From: Selaginella moellendorffii
Lineage: Eukaryota > Plantae > Lycopodiophyta
Reading direction: 5' to 3'
DNA: 64,000 nt
Assembly (NCBI RefSeq): GCF_000143415.4
Contig: NW_003314404.1
Span: 124,001-188,000 of the forward strand
Shown: positions 23,985 through 36,259 of the stretch, piece by piece
Layout of the letters: each line of letters begins with the position of its first letter
Position numbering within the stretch: position 1 is the stretch's first letter
Notes under the pieces: model-generated
What the model was told of the DNA's origin: nothing
Databases searched by the model: none
Seen by the model: the letters and a program-made list of their open reading frames with translations, nothing else
Program-made: the position numbers and the translations under genes

Positions 23985-25905
23985 ATGTTTTCCAGGTTTC
24001 GCTCTAGGAATCTCTCCTCCCTAGTTACACACAGAAGAAACCTCCATAAGGAGAGGACCGTGGCCTCGTTCTCGGATCAAGACCACTTGAAACACGAGAA
24101 AAAAGCCTTGCTTCGAAAACTCAAGTGCCCCAATTCATCACCGCTCGATGTCGTGTCCCAATTTGTTGCAAAGGCTGCCCTGCAAGGGTGGAGTGACGAG
24201 GTCATGAGAGAGGCAGTGGCGCGGGATTTGCACGAAGAAGAGTGTCTCAGTAGCTTGGTGGCTGAATGGGACTATGCCCACTCGGACGAGACGTTGTTCC
24301 TGGTGCTGGGTTTGTTCTATATTGCTCGCCTCTCTGACGCCGAGAGGAGCGCGTGTGCTGCATCGGATGTCCCGGAACAGCTGCATTGCATGGTTGATTT
24401 CGCCCGCCAGGAGCTGCTCTCTTGTACTGGACGAGCTGCATTTCTACAAGGCTTGGCCTCCAAGCAAGACGAGGACGTGACGGAGCACTTGGAGCTCCTG
24501 TGGGCGCAATTCTGTAAAAAGAGGAACATTCAGGGTTTGTCAGTTAGTTCTTTCAAAGCTTAGTCATGTTTTAACACCAGTTTCTTTGTTTTGGGAGTGA
24601 GCTCCGAGGAGCCGGAACGGCAGACTATATATGAGTATTATCCGGCAGAGCCTTACCGTAAGCCTTCTAATGGAGAATTCAGATGTAAGAGTCCTCTGAG
24701 TTCTTAAAATCTGTTTCTTGTTTTCGTTAGCGACTTCTTTCCAGGGCGCTGCTCCCCATCACGAGGGGATCATGAGGTCCTGGTAGACATGACGAGCACA
24801 AGAAGGTCTTCCATTTCTTCGTATGGCACCATGATGGTGCCAAAGCTCTTCGGTTTGGTACCCCGAATCTTGGAAAGCAGCTTCTTTTTAACTTATCCAA
24901 CGGACAGGCTGGTGAGTATAAGCAAGCAGAGTTACGGGCACTGATTTGTTTCCTCCCTCCTCTGTGATTGCAGGGATGGAACAAGCTTGCCGTTTTACGT
25001 GAACGCCAGGAGCATGGAGTGAATATAAAGTGGGGTTACTCCCGGCTTGCATCGCATCCGGGAATTCCACCTTTCAAAGAAAGGGTGGACTTTCCCGACG
25101 GGATTCCTGCGGGGCCTTTTCTGGGGAGAGAATTGGCGCTGCTGTTCCAAGGGATGGTTAACAACAAGCTCCTGCGAGCACTCACTCTCGAGAGGCCACC
25201 GCTGTCTGTGCTGCCGCACTATTATGCCGTCTTAGTTTGTGCGCAACACGCACGCGCGTGGTTGGGACGCTACGACCTCCGGATCTATTATAACCACGAC
25301 TTAACTTGTAAGGAACAATCTCTCCTCTTAAAGTTGTGTTTTTTGTGATGTTTTGTATTGTTGTTTTTTTGGAGATGGACGGCTTGGCACACAGGACGCT
25401 ACTGAGGAGGAGGAAGAGGAGGTGAATGTTAACATGTGTTTATTTGCTAATTTTATTTTATTTTATTTTATTTGCAAAGGTTTGGCTGAATGGCTTTCGT
25501 AAAGAGCGTACCCCATCTACGATCGAATACATTTTAAGACGCGATACTGTGAATAACATGTGGTATGTGTTATCAAGTATTTTTGTTTTAATCTTTTCAA
25601 TGTTACTTTGAAAAAGGGATTTACTTAAGGATCATATGCTTATTAACATGCGGCCAAAGGACTACGATTTAGCAAAACCACCCAACACGCCAATGTGGCG
25701 TGCATTCAAACAATACATTGGGCATCCTAGGCTTATTTACCCCTATCCAGTTATGACACAGCCCGTGCTACGTGAGATCCAATCGACATACACTGAGGTT
25801 CTTGATTTGGAGACTAAGTCAAAACAAAGTAAAGATGGCCTCTTTCCACCCGCTCCTGAGGAAAATGTAAAGCTTGAGGAGGTAAAGATTGAGAGTTGGA
25901 TGTAA
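23985..25905 (+). CDS. Hypothetical multi-exon protein, possibly disrupted, with a mitochondrial-like N-terminus
   Basis: 192-aa first ORF followed by exon-like ORFs separated by T-rich GT-AG introns. Possible in-frame TGA near 24773. Family not recognised. Confidence 0.5.
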
Positions 25906-27569
25906 GGAAATAAAAAGATTATATTATTTAAAAAGTGATTTTAGCTTTTTTACATTTGAAATTTTTTTTTGAGAGGCACCTGTATGCTCAGGAGAGCTTG
26001 AAGGAATCATTTACCGGAGCTGTTAAGGGATGAATATTTATTTTTTCTTTCTTTTCAATTTTTCCCTGTAATTCCGATGATTTTCTTCTTGCTCTTGGGG
26101 GGTTTTGCATGTTTTAAATCTTCTTGATTTTGCTAAACCTTTGTTTGCATCGGGATTACATGGCATGCTCTCTTAATACCAAAATTTAAAGTGAGATAGG
26201 ATGTTATTGGACTTTTTAGGATGAGCAAAAGTTTGATTTTTTCTTTTTATATCAGAAGTTATTAATTCTTGCATGTGAAAAATTATGTAAAACCCATGTG
26301 ACTTTAGATGGCATAGGTTGCTTCCTAAAATTACAAAGGTATGCTTTATAACAATCACTTATTCAATATATAACAAAGCCATGAGCTCCACTAACATAGA
26401 TTTTAGCATTCATTTGATCTTTGAGTTAATTATAATTTTCATTTTCAAAAAGAAATTCTATTTCCACATTCTTTAGCCTCCTGTAAGTTGTATTAGGCCA
26501 TATATGGCAATTAATATGTGATTGCACATGTTACACTATATATTTATACTTGTGTGGGTTTATTTTTTTGTTTTGAGTTGATATTATGCACAAATATGGG
26601 ATATACCATGTATGCATGGGGTATAACACCTCAAACACCCACAAATGTGATATGAGTGTAAATTTATAATTTTCTAATCATCTCTTTCTTCTTTTATGTG
26701 CTTTTTATTCACCTTTTATTCCATGTGGCTATGCCTAAATTTTTGTAACTTGGAGGCTTTATTGCAATCATAACACGAACTAATGTAAGTATGGTGGTTC
26801 TTGCAAAAGTTTTTTATTTTTCATAGTCTGTTTGCTATGGGACACTTTAATTTAAATACTGATCAATTGTTATAGAAGTGAATGCAATTGATTATAACAT
26901 ATAGGTGAGTAAAAAAGTTTTTCTTGGAAGTTTGGGACATTGGGTTTTTCTCTGAGTAACTACATCTGCTTGTAGCTGTAATAAAATATTAGTTCCATTT
27001 ATTTCTCGCATTCTTAATCATGTGCATATATTTTTGGTATTATAGTGATTTATTTGTTGTACTTGTCTTAATATGAAAAAAAAATTCCATCCCCAAGCAC
27101 ACAGCAATAACAAACTTAAAATGCTCAAAATCCAGCTCGCAAGTTCAAAAAATATTATGCCCTTGAGTCCTAACCCAAAGTTTAAACCTTGCTTACATGT
27201 CATAAAATTTAACATAGAATTGAAATCTATGTAGTGCAAAAACTCAAAAACATAACATTGAATTGAACTTTGCCATACATGGCAAACACAAATATATGGC
27301 TATGCATCAAAAAACATTATGTTCAAAAATACTATTCACATATATATGTTATAACAATTCAAGCACACATATGTTTTTTTTATATATTTTAAGTTTGTTG
27401 CCATAGGTATACCTCCCCTCATGGGTGTACCTTCCCAAAAATTACCATCACAATTTATTTAACTATCTTTTATCTTTGATTTATTCTAGATTGAGAGAAT
27501 AGTTAGAGAACACTTATAGTTTTTGGAGGTTGTGATGCTGACGTCGATGGACGACGCTTATACCAGGCT

Positions 27570-27965
27570 AGGCGAGGCAAGCCAGGTGTTTCATCTCTTC
27601 CACAGAACAACATGACTTTGCTATGGATGAAGGCTGAAGTCTCTTCGGCTCAATGGCTTCCAGATATGCCATCTCTCCCGGCTTCGAGCACCACCACTGC
27701 ATGCTCGACATATTTTGTCGTGCAAACCAGCTGGACGCTGCCATGCAACACATACGATCTATACCTTTGGTGACATGGAGGACGGTCTTTGGTGCTTGTC
27801 GGAAGTGGAAGAATGCAGTGCTTGGGAAGCTTGCTTTCGAGAATCTACTGAATCTGGAGGACTCCGAGTTTGGAGTTTATATCCTGATGGAACAGATATA
27901 CTGGAGCCAGGGAATGTGGGAAGAGCAGGCCAGGATTGAGACGATCAGGAGGAAGAAATGCATAA
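27570..27965 (+). pseudogene. PLS-PPR C-terminal (E-domain) fragment
   Basis: EHHHCMLDIFCRANQLDAA, VTWRTVFGACR, YILMEQIY...GMWEE. Confidence 0.85.
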
Positions 27966-28129
27966 TGCAGCACCCCCTTCTCTTACATGGCTACCCCCTA
28001 AAGATGCTTGGAGGAGGCCAGGACAGGGTCGCAGCTGGTGGACGGACAGCACGGGAGTGCCACATAAGTTCTCGGGCTGCTGATTCCAGTAATCGATATT
28101 CCAGTAATCGATAAGCACTCGATGACTAC

Positions 28130-28207
28130 TGTTCACTCGTGTATCCAGGGTCTCCTGTTACTGAGTGATTGGGTTTACTCCCTGGAAAGAGCAAACATCC
28201 TTAATAA
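28130..28207 (-). pseudogene. Short POLH fragment
   Basis: CCAGGGTCTCCTGTTACTGAGTGATTGGGTTTACTCCCTGGAAAGA matches about 20165-20250 with an internal deletion. Confidence 0.8.
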
Positions 28208-28989
28208 TCGTTTGACAGAAGTTTAGACCGTGTGATGGGCCAGTGAAGGCGGCTACTGCTGAAAGCATTAGTTAAGAAGGTAAAGCAATCACTAATAAGA
28301 AATTTATACCTGGATGAGGTGAGGGAACTTATACATGAATGCGTATGTGATGTGATCTGCTGCATCACCTGCCGATACATTTCATGTACTTTGGCAGCAG
28401 TACACTCTTCTGGATGGCTGTTGTTGCATGTCACAGGCGAGAACTCCAGAAACGGAGTCTTTGACCCATCCTTCTCGACGACAAAGACGAAAATGAACTG
28501 TCGTCTGTCGATCTTGCTCCACCTGTGCTTTGCACAAGCGACATGGTCCACGAGCACGTGTGCCTGGAGCTCCCTTGCGTACCTGTGTCATAGTTAAACA
28601 ATGATGAACTTTATAGATGCATTTCTGATATATACCTCTTCTGTGGAGATAAACTTCCAAACAAGTGAATGAATTCTCGCTGCAAATTCCCATGTACTCT
28701 CCACTCAGAAGCCTTCTCCAAAACCTGCTTGTAGATTTGGCATCGCACTCGAAACCTTCGTAGGCTGCAAAAATATCTTGATTAGACTAGAAAGGAAGAA
28801 AAAAAAGAAGAGAAGAGTTTACTTGTATGGGAGCCTGGACGATTCAACTGGTGGATTCACCGTGGATGTCAGGATCCCCAATGGTTCTGCCTTGAGTAAT
28901 CTGGCTGTAAAGCCAAAGATCTTCTTTGTCGAGACTTCCATCCTTGGTAGGAGCCGCAACACTCTTTTTGACCTCTCCTCATGCTCATC

Positions 28990-30482
28990 GAAACTTGCTA
29001 TGTCGATGGAGTGTCCTGCCCGGGCCATCTCTGCCAAGAGGCTCTTGTAGCAACGCGAGCTCAACCTCAAACCCACCTCCCTACATTTGATGTAGAGCGC
29101 ATAAATCCTTTCCACCATGCCTCTGCGGCCAAAAGCTTCAACTACGGACTGAAATGCTGGGGGCTCCACGAAACTGCCATCCTTGCGGTCGATCACTCGT
29201 CCCAAATAGTCCATGATCTCTTCCAGCCGGCCACTCTTCCAGCCGGCCACTCTGTGCGTACACCTCTACAACGTAGCTCTGGAACGCCCACGTCGACGCA
29301 ATCTCTGGAGTCGTCTCCACAAACTCGATAAGCTTCTCTATCCCTTCCACGGTTGCAGTCCTGCTGTGAGCCTTAGCGGCCTCCTCAACCGCCGGAACCG
29401 CGATGTTGTGCGGCAGCTGGGAGTTCTCCGCTCGCATCTCGCCAAGAACCTGGTGGAACCTGTCCAGCGCGTCCAGGCGAGCGTAGCCGATGAGCAGCGC
29501 TGCAAAAGTCTCCGAGCTGCGCTTGAAACCTCTGCAAACCTGCTCCATCTCCTGGTACGTGCTCTCGAACCGGTCCCTGCGTCCCATTTTTGCGTAGGCG
29601 TGCAAGAGCGTGTTGAAAGTTATTGCGTCCGGCAAGACCCCGGCATCCCGGCACTCCCTGACCATGACCTCGAGGCCTTGCCAGTTGTGGTAGTGCGCAA
29701 ACATGGCGGTGAGGATGTGGCACGTCATGGCGTTTGGCGGGCACTCGCGGGAGAACTCCTTCATACCGTGGAAGATTTGCATGGCACTGTCGAGGTCCCT
29801 GGCCTTGGCGTATGCAATGATGAGAGCATTGCAGCACTCGCTTGATTTCTTCCCTTCGATCATCACGTTGCCAAACCATCTCCGTGCCAGGATTGTGTGG
29901 CCGACCACGCCGGCATAGGAGATCATCATCGCGTAGAGCCGGTCGAGCTCCATCACCGTCGCGGACTTTAGAACAGCCTGATTTGTTAGTTTCATCCAGG
30001 TGAAGATCTAGGAACAAACTTATTAGACCGGAGAACAAAGATTAAAAACTTGAGAAGAATTGTTCTACCTCGAGCGTATGGTGGTGCACTGGACCGGCCA
30101 TTAGATCGCGCACCAGTGGCATCCAGAAGGCCCCAAAGTCTCTCACATTCTTATGCTTGGCGAGGACGGTCTGAATATCTTTCCCATTTTCTATTTGGAT
30201 CCGGACGATCTGCGCGGCACGGCCTGGATATGGCCTCTTGTTACCCCGGACTCCAGCAAGTGTGGATCCACCGGTGGAGGTGGCTGGAGTGGATCCCTGC
30301 TGCTCCAACCCCACAATGAATTCGAGGTAAGGAGCATCACTCCATGCATCGACATCATAATCCTGAGGTTTGACAGCCAGATCGGGCATTCTTGCGATCT
30401 TACCGATTCCACGGGATAGAACCGCTGGAGGTCTGAAAATCCTGCCAAGCACGCGGAGAAGCGCTCTGCCATCGCTCGCCAT
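28990..30482 (-). pseudogene. Paralog of the P-class PPR gene at 7418-9229, frameshifted and 3'-fused to unrelated sequence
   Basis: Same two-exon layout and near-identical peptide. A short duplication near 29220-29250 shifts the frame. Confidence 0.9.
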
Positions 30483-30904
30483 CGCTCGCCATCGCCATTC
30501 GTGAATTTGAGAACCCTCGCATCAAGATCAATCACCACCGTTAGGTCCGACGTTTTAAAACTAGCCGTCGATTCGCCACGGCTAGGGTTTTCACGCTGGT
30601 TCAGGCGCGAAAACTCTTTGACTAGCGATGGAGCTGGATCGCGCGAAGCTCCTGTTTGCTCACCCCCCACGACGCTGTGGATCCGTGCTTGTAAGTTATC
30701 AGAGAGCAGCTCCAGAGATGCCATCGCCGGGGAATTCTGCCACGGTCAACGCGGGACTGACTTTGAGGAATCCTCTCCTTCCAAGAATAATTGCCCGGTC
30801 TTTGTGTCGATCAATGCCAGTAGACAGAGGATCTGCGACGCGATCGATATTTTCCCGGTTGTAGATTCCATGACACCGAAGAAGGGCTTGTGGAAATTTA
30901 GGGA

Positions 30905-31735
30905 AAATCAAGAGTTTCGAAAGCGCGGGATTGTGGACACGGATTCGATGGAGGACCGAGGTACGAATTTTAGCCACGCTAAGAAGCAGGACCCAGCATT
31001 TACAAGCCAGAGGTGAAGTGTCATGAAGACGAACGACGAGGAAGGGAATGCTTCGGGTGAGTGGAAAAAACCAATGTCCTTGTGGCCAAACAAGCTCTGG
31101 AAAACTCTGAGGAGCGATCAAGACCAGCGAGATTTAGGCTCAAGAACAGTGGAAACTTTGATGCGCTTTGCTGCTGCGGTCGAGGACGACGATGACGACT
31201 CTTCGAAGAAGAGCAACGAGGAACCGAGGCGTGAGGAAGAGGAGAGAACCTGAGGAAGCACCTGTTTCTCAAAGGTTCGAGGAGTACTCTGGGAAGGACG
31301 ATTATCCGGGCGAGAATGATAAGCCTATCTCCAGAACCAGGGTCTTACGGGGATGTGAGTGGAGTTGTCGAAGATCCAAACTGTTGACGAGGGTGATCTA
31401 GAGGATGACTTCGATTCCGACGAGCACGATAGGAGCTCTTCGGTAAGGACTACTACAACGAAGAGGATTCAGAGTTCAGTCTGGTGACAGTGAAGCAGCA
31501 GGCTGGATTACGATGACGACGTTCTGGGGATAGAGAAGAGTGACGACGAATAGTAAAGAGGTGCCAACGCGGTTGAAGTGTTTGCAGATATTGGATGCGG
31601 ACGAGAAGGAGCTCAAACAGTACGTGTCATTGAAGGCAATGGCACCATACAGGACGGAGGAGTGGTGCCGATGCTCCTGTTCTAGGGAACACATGAAGAT
31701 CAAGAAAAGGAAGAAGCAGCAGCAGGAAGAACCGT
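30905..31735 (+). pseudogene. KRI1 pseudogene, heavily deleted
   Basis: Collinear pieces of 12545-13997 (e.g. ILDADEKELKQYVSLKAMAPYRTEEW) compressed to about 0.8 kb. Confidence 0.92.
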
Positions 31736-31763
31736 GTGAAAGAATTTCTACGCTATGGCGAGC

Positions 31764-32240
31764 GATGCCACTGGCGAGGCGCCGCGCACGTCGATCTCGA
31801 CTGCTTCTACATCCAAGGTGTGGGAATCGAGAGCCCTGATGCTCAATCTATCGAGACGAAGTAAATCCAAGAGGAAGTGCAAGAATTCGACGGTTCTTCC
31901 ATTTCCAGGTGGTTGCTACGAAGTCCTTGACATTACCGAGGCTGCCGAGAGACGATTTGTCGACGCTCGTGAGCGAGGAAGCATCGAAGTCCCATATTGT
32001 TGGGACTTCCCCAGGACCTGTCTTGGTTTATGACTTGGCCGCTATAGGAGCTTGGCACGGAAGAATGGTTTTCTAGGCCTGATGGAAGCCGCGAAGATCG
32101 TTTGCTAGCGTTTGGCACAATTATCGTTCCGGACATTCGTTTGGCCGTTCTAATTCACTTGTTCAGCCGGTGTATCTCACAACAAAGTATCTTTAACGTT
32201 TGAGACTAACACATTCTTGCGAAACACTCCAGTGGAATGC
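31764..32240 (+). pseudogene. POLH pseudogene, part 1 (start codon to ...SSGM)
   Basis: ATGCCACTGGCGAGGCGCC...CACGTCGATCTCGACTGCTTCTAC through ...AGTGGAATGC, collinear with 22078-21158 with deletions. Confidence 0.9.
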
Positions 32241-32277
32241 TACAAAAAGTCATTTCCTATATTTGAAATATATTGAG

Positions 32278-32915
32278 GAAATTGCGAATGAAGGCATTGA
32301 AGAACCTGTGAGTGATTCGAAGAAAAGAGTGAGATTTTTATGATTCGATTTGTGCAGACAAAGTCGGAGTTGATCGAAGGCGTATGGAGATTAATTAATG
32401 TACACAACAAGGCCCAGCACTGCATGCCCGATTCAAGTTAAAACTTCTACTACAAACATTCATTTTATTCACCGCCTTGACTTTTTTGTAGAGGACTATT
32501 GTGGGAGTTTTCCAGGACATCAAACTCAGCGATCGCAGCGACCAGAGGGTGTCAAACATTGTAAAGTTTTCCGAGAAAATTAAGCAAACATAGTTTGCTT
32601 GTTTCTTTAACTTTGGAGAAATCTTCCAGGACGAAGCTAGGTCTAAAAGGATCAGCTTTCGTTTCGACCGGGCCGCATTCTCTTTCTCGTTCCTTCCATT
32701 CAAAGTTCCATACCAGGCGACGAGGCCAAAGGATGGGTCGACCGACACAACTTATCTCTCTCCCTCTGGAAATGTTCGAATCTCAAGAGGCAAAAAAGTA
32801 CACAACTAGACAGTATATCACTATCTCATTGATGCCAGGGGCCAACTTTTGTCCTGAAAAAGACCTTGGACCCTCGGCAGCGGCTGCTTGCAGCTATGTC
32901 CTCCAAAAAAGACGT
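32278..32915 (+). pseudogene. Fibrillin / plastid-lipid-associated protein (FBN10/PAP12-like), exon 2 onward
   Basis: SELIEGVWRL.MYTTRPSTACPIQ|RTIVG, DQRVSNIVKFSE, FRFDRAAFSFSFLPFKVPY, DTTYLSPSGNVRISRG, YVLQK. Confidence 0.85.
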
Positions 32916-32959
32916 CGCAAAGCTCTAAGAACCTTAGGCTTCAAGAGGAAGTGAAACCA

Positions 32960-34845
32960 AATTCTCGGCAGCTGGGATGCTCAGTGCTTCTTAACGTCCA
33001 ATCCCAGCGGCAGGCTGGCGGCGAGCTCCTCGCCGCAGCCCAAGACCCCCGATCCGGCAAGGGCGTCGATGACCGCTCCATAGTCGTGCTCCGCCACTAT
33101 GAGTAAGCCTCCCGCAAGAGCCAAGCGTTGAGAATGCCCAGGAATGTGATGCTGTCCAGCGCGAAGCCCTGGAGCTGCATCAGTCGGGTGGTTTGGTGGC
33201 TTGGTTACAGCGCCCAGATCGAGCATAGGCTGTGATCATGGAGCTCCAGGACACGGGATCCCTGTCGGGGATCATTGCAAATACCTTTGCTGAGTTTTCG
33301 AGACTCCCGTTATCGGCGTAAGCTGCGACCAGCGAGCTCCAGGATCCCACATTACGGTAGGCTATTGCGTCGAGCGTCTGCAGCTTTTGGAGTAAACGGT
33401 CAAGAGTGCATTGCAGGAAACCACGAAGAACACCTGCATGGCTGCCTCGAGATGGAAGTGTTGGCCGTAGGCCGAGATCAAGGCCGAGCAGGCCACCGTT
33501 TTCCATTCAGGCATCCGGTCAAACAGGCACTTAGCATCTTCCGCACACGCGGTTACCATGGCGCTCCAGCACACGATGTCTTCGCGGGAGAGGAATCACA
33601 TACTTTTTGCGCTCCCTGCAAGCCCCCAGCCTCGCCAAATGCTTTCATCATTGACGTTAAAGAAACCACGTCCATCTCTGGCATGGATTTAAAGCATATT
33701 TGAGCCCCGGCACAATGCCCCGCTACAGCATTTCCAGCTATCATTGTGTTCCACGCTGAAACATCTCCGTAATGGCATGCAGAAAAACAAATCGCGAGTC
33801 TCTGCCAGCTTTTTGAACAATGTGTACGCTTGTAAAAGAGTATTCCAGCTGGCCACGCTACGTACGGGCATCACATTAAACAAGGCAATTGAAACGTCAA
33901 AATGCCCTGCTTGGGCATTTGCTAAGAGGACAGTAGTCCACGAAACGACGCCCCTCTCCTCCGGCATCACTGCCATAGCTTCGCGAAGGTTAGCGAGCTG
34001 GAAATGCCCACGCAGGATTGTGTTCCAAACACCTCTCTTGCGTCCGGTAAAATGCATGCCGCGATGAAAAGCTTCCACGAGAAAACATTGGGATGTTTGA
34101 TGGCCCCAAAAGCCTTGCACGCAAGCTCCAAGTTTCCAGGCTTCCCATACCTGTGAATCAGCAAGTTGGAGCGATATCTCGCCCTCGAATCGTCGAGCAG
34201 CAGGGCAATCCAGTTCTTAGAGCTAGAGCAACCATCGCCTCATCGCAAACTCTCAGCCAACCTTGTCCTCCTCTTCGAAAAGACCATACTTTCCTGGTTG
34301 CTCCATCTTTCATCGCATACATGTTCGCAAGGAGGTCATGGGCGGCACCACCCAAGAGAGTCTTAGCTGCGTGAGCACCATGTTCCAAATTGCTATAGCT
34401 CGTCGATGCACCCAGCAAACAATCGCCAGTCCATGGAGCTTGTTTGCAACGATCCCATGCGAAGCAACGCAAGCCATCCCAAACTTATCCAGTGCGTCCA
34501 CACACGAGAAGAACCAACGTGGAGCCCGGTCTCTCCTCTTCAACCTTGATCGCACCATACACATCCAGCGCGTTTGAAAATGCCCATTATGCGCATAAGC
34601 CGAAATCATGGCGTCCCAGGCAATCGGATCTTTATCTGGGCTTTGATCAAGGATTTTCTTGGAGTGTGTAGCACGACCGTAACCTGTTAGTATGGTGGTT
34701 ACTGCAACCAAGCCCTGCACAGGCATTGTATCAAACAGAAGCTTGGTATGTTCCAGATGCCCGCTTTGGGCACTTGCTGAGAGGATTGAGTTCCAGGAAA
34801 TAACATCATGCCAAGCCTCATCAAGATGCGCATTCCAGCTCACAT
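32960..34845 (-). pseudogene. PLS-class PPR pseudogene
   Basis: Repeated DVISWNSIL, GVVSWTTVL and DPVSWSSMITAYA motifs, plus LLIHRYGKPG, across frameshifted ORFs. Confidence 0.88.
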
Positions 34846-35215
34846 TGCTCCTCCACGTCCCCCGCGGACCACATCCGCCGGACTGCTGCTGCTGGCTCGT
34901 GGACGACGACGATACAACTTAGTTTAACATAAAACATACTTCACTGGTTATGGTCAACCTTGATACGAGAGTCTTTCCACAAGTAACAGATAGAAAAGAA
35001 GCTCAAAGTCTGAATAATTAAAGCTGATGAAAAGTATTGTTGAGACGTAGCCTCAATTTCACATAGCGAATTTGCAGAGCCTAGCAAAAGCAGCTCTTCC
35101 ATTAATCTAGAAGTCCAAAATTTACATATATATCCGTCGTTGTTCAGTCTGACCAAAAAATCGTCACTAACTATCAGTAGCTATCGTAGCGTAAACCAGC
35201 CACATACCATTCCAA

Positions 35216-36137
35216 CTACCCATACTTCCCCACCGCCAAGAGTCGCCCTGGGTATTTTGTTCGGTACCAGCTCTTCTTGTCCGCCTCAAGAAAGTGTAGC
35301 GTGGCGTCATCCACGGGCAGCCCCACCACAGCACCATCTTTCTCCGTCTTGACAACAATCCCACTCACCCTCAGGCTCCTTGAACGTGAATCCCATTCAA
35401 CGATAACATCACCCACTTGGACACCAGGGACGATGCCAGCCACTTCATCTGGTAAGTAGTGCTTCTTGAGGATTGCAGGGAGTTCAACTTCCCCAGCCCG
35501 CCGCACAAAAACCACCTCTTCATTTCGAGGCAGACCAACCATAAGAGGCACCTTAGGAGGTAGTTCCAACTGAATCAGAAAAACACCCGATCAGGATGAA
35601 TCAGGGTATTGAAGCAGTAGCTTACCGGTTCGAAGAGCTCAACAGCAGCCACCCAAGGCTGCCTGCGAAACAGGGAAACAACCTCACCTTTCACAGTCTG
35701 CCCATTGATCGTCACAGTAACTTCTCCACCTTCCTTCCACACCATGGTCTCCTTGTAACCCACGACGATGCACGTTGGCTGTGGGCTTAACGCTAGAGTC
35801 GCAGGTGGAGTTCCGATGAAAAGAGCGACCCCTTTATCGCTACAGGTGCCCACAAACTGCAGCAGCTTCAAAGCGCCATGAGGAGGCTTCACACGAGGAG
35901 GATTCGCAGGAGGAGGAGGGTTTGGAGCCGTCCTCGGAGAGGAGGCCTTCATAAGCGCCTCAAGTTGCTAACCAAAGATGTCATTTCCAATCCACGCTAT
36001 TTACTTACCTCAAGTCTCCTCCGCATGTCATCCAGCTGCTCCTGGAGCTCTTCCTTCTTCTTGCTCTTACTCCGCCCAAACAGCTTCTTCTCGGCTGCAC
36101 TTATCTTGCTCTTACACCGGGCTACCAGCCTCTCCAT
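35216..36137 (-). pseudogene. Hypothetical gene (coiled coil, Pro-rich linker, beta-rich domain), probably frameshifted near 35572
   Basis: Three consecutive minus-strand ORFs, with a short GT-AG intron after RRRLE. Family not recognised. Confidence 0.5.
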
Positions 36138-36259
36138 CTCCACAGAAACCAAAACCCTACCAAAATTCGAAACTTTAGGGCAGAATGACAAAGTTTACGA
36201 GGAAAAGCTCCATTTGGACCAGAGGTATCGATTGATGCTTTTGCCCGAAAAAGTGTGGT

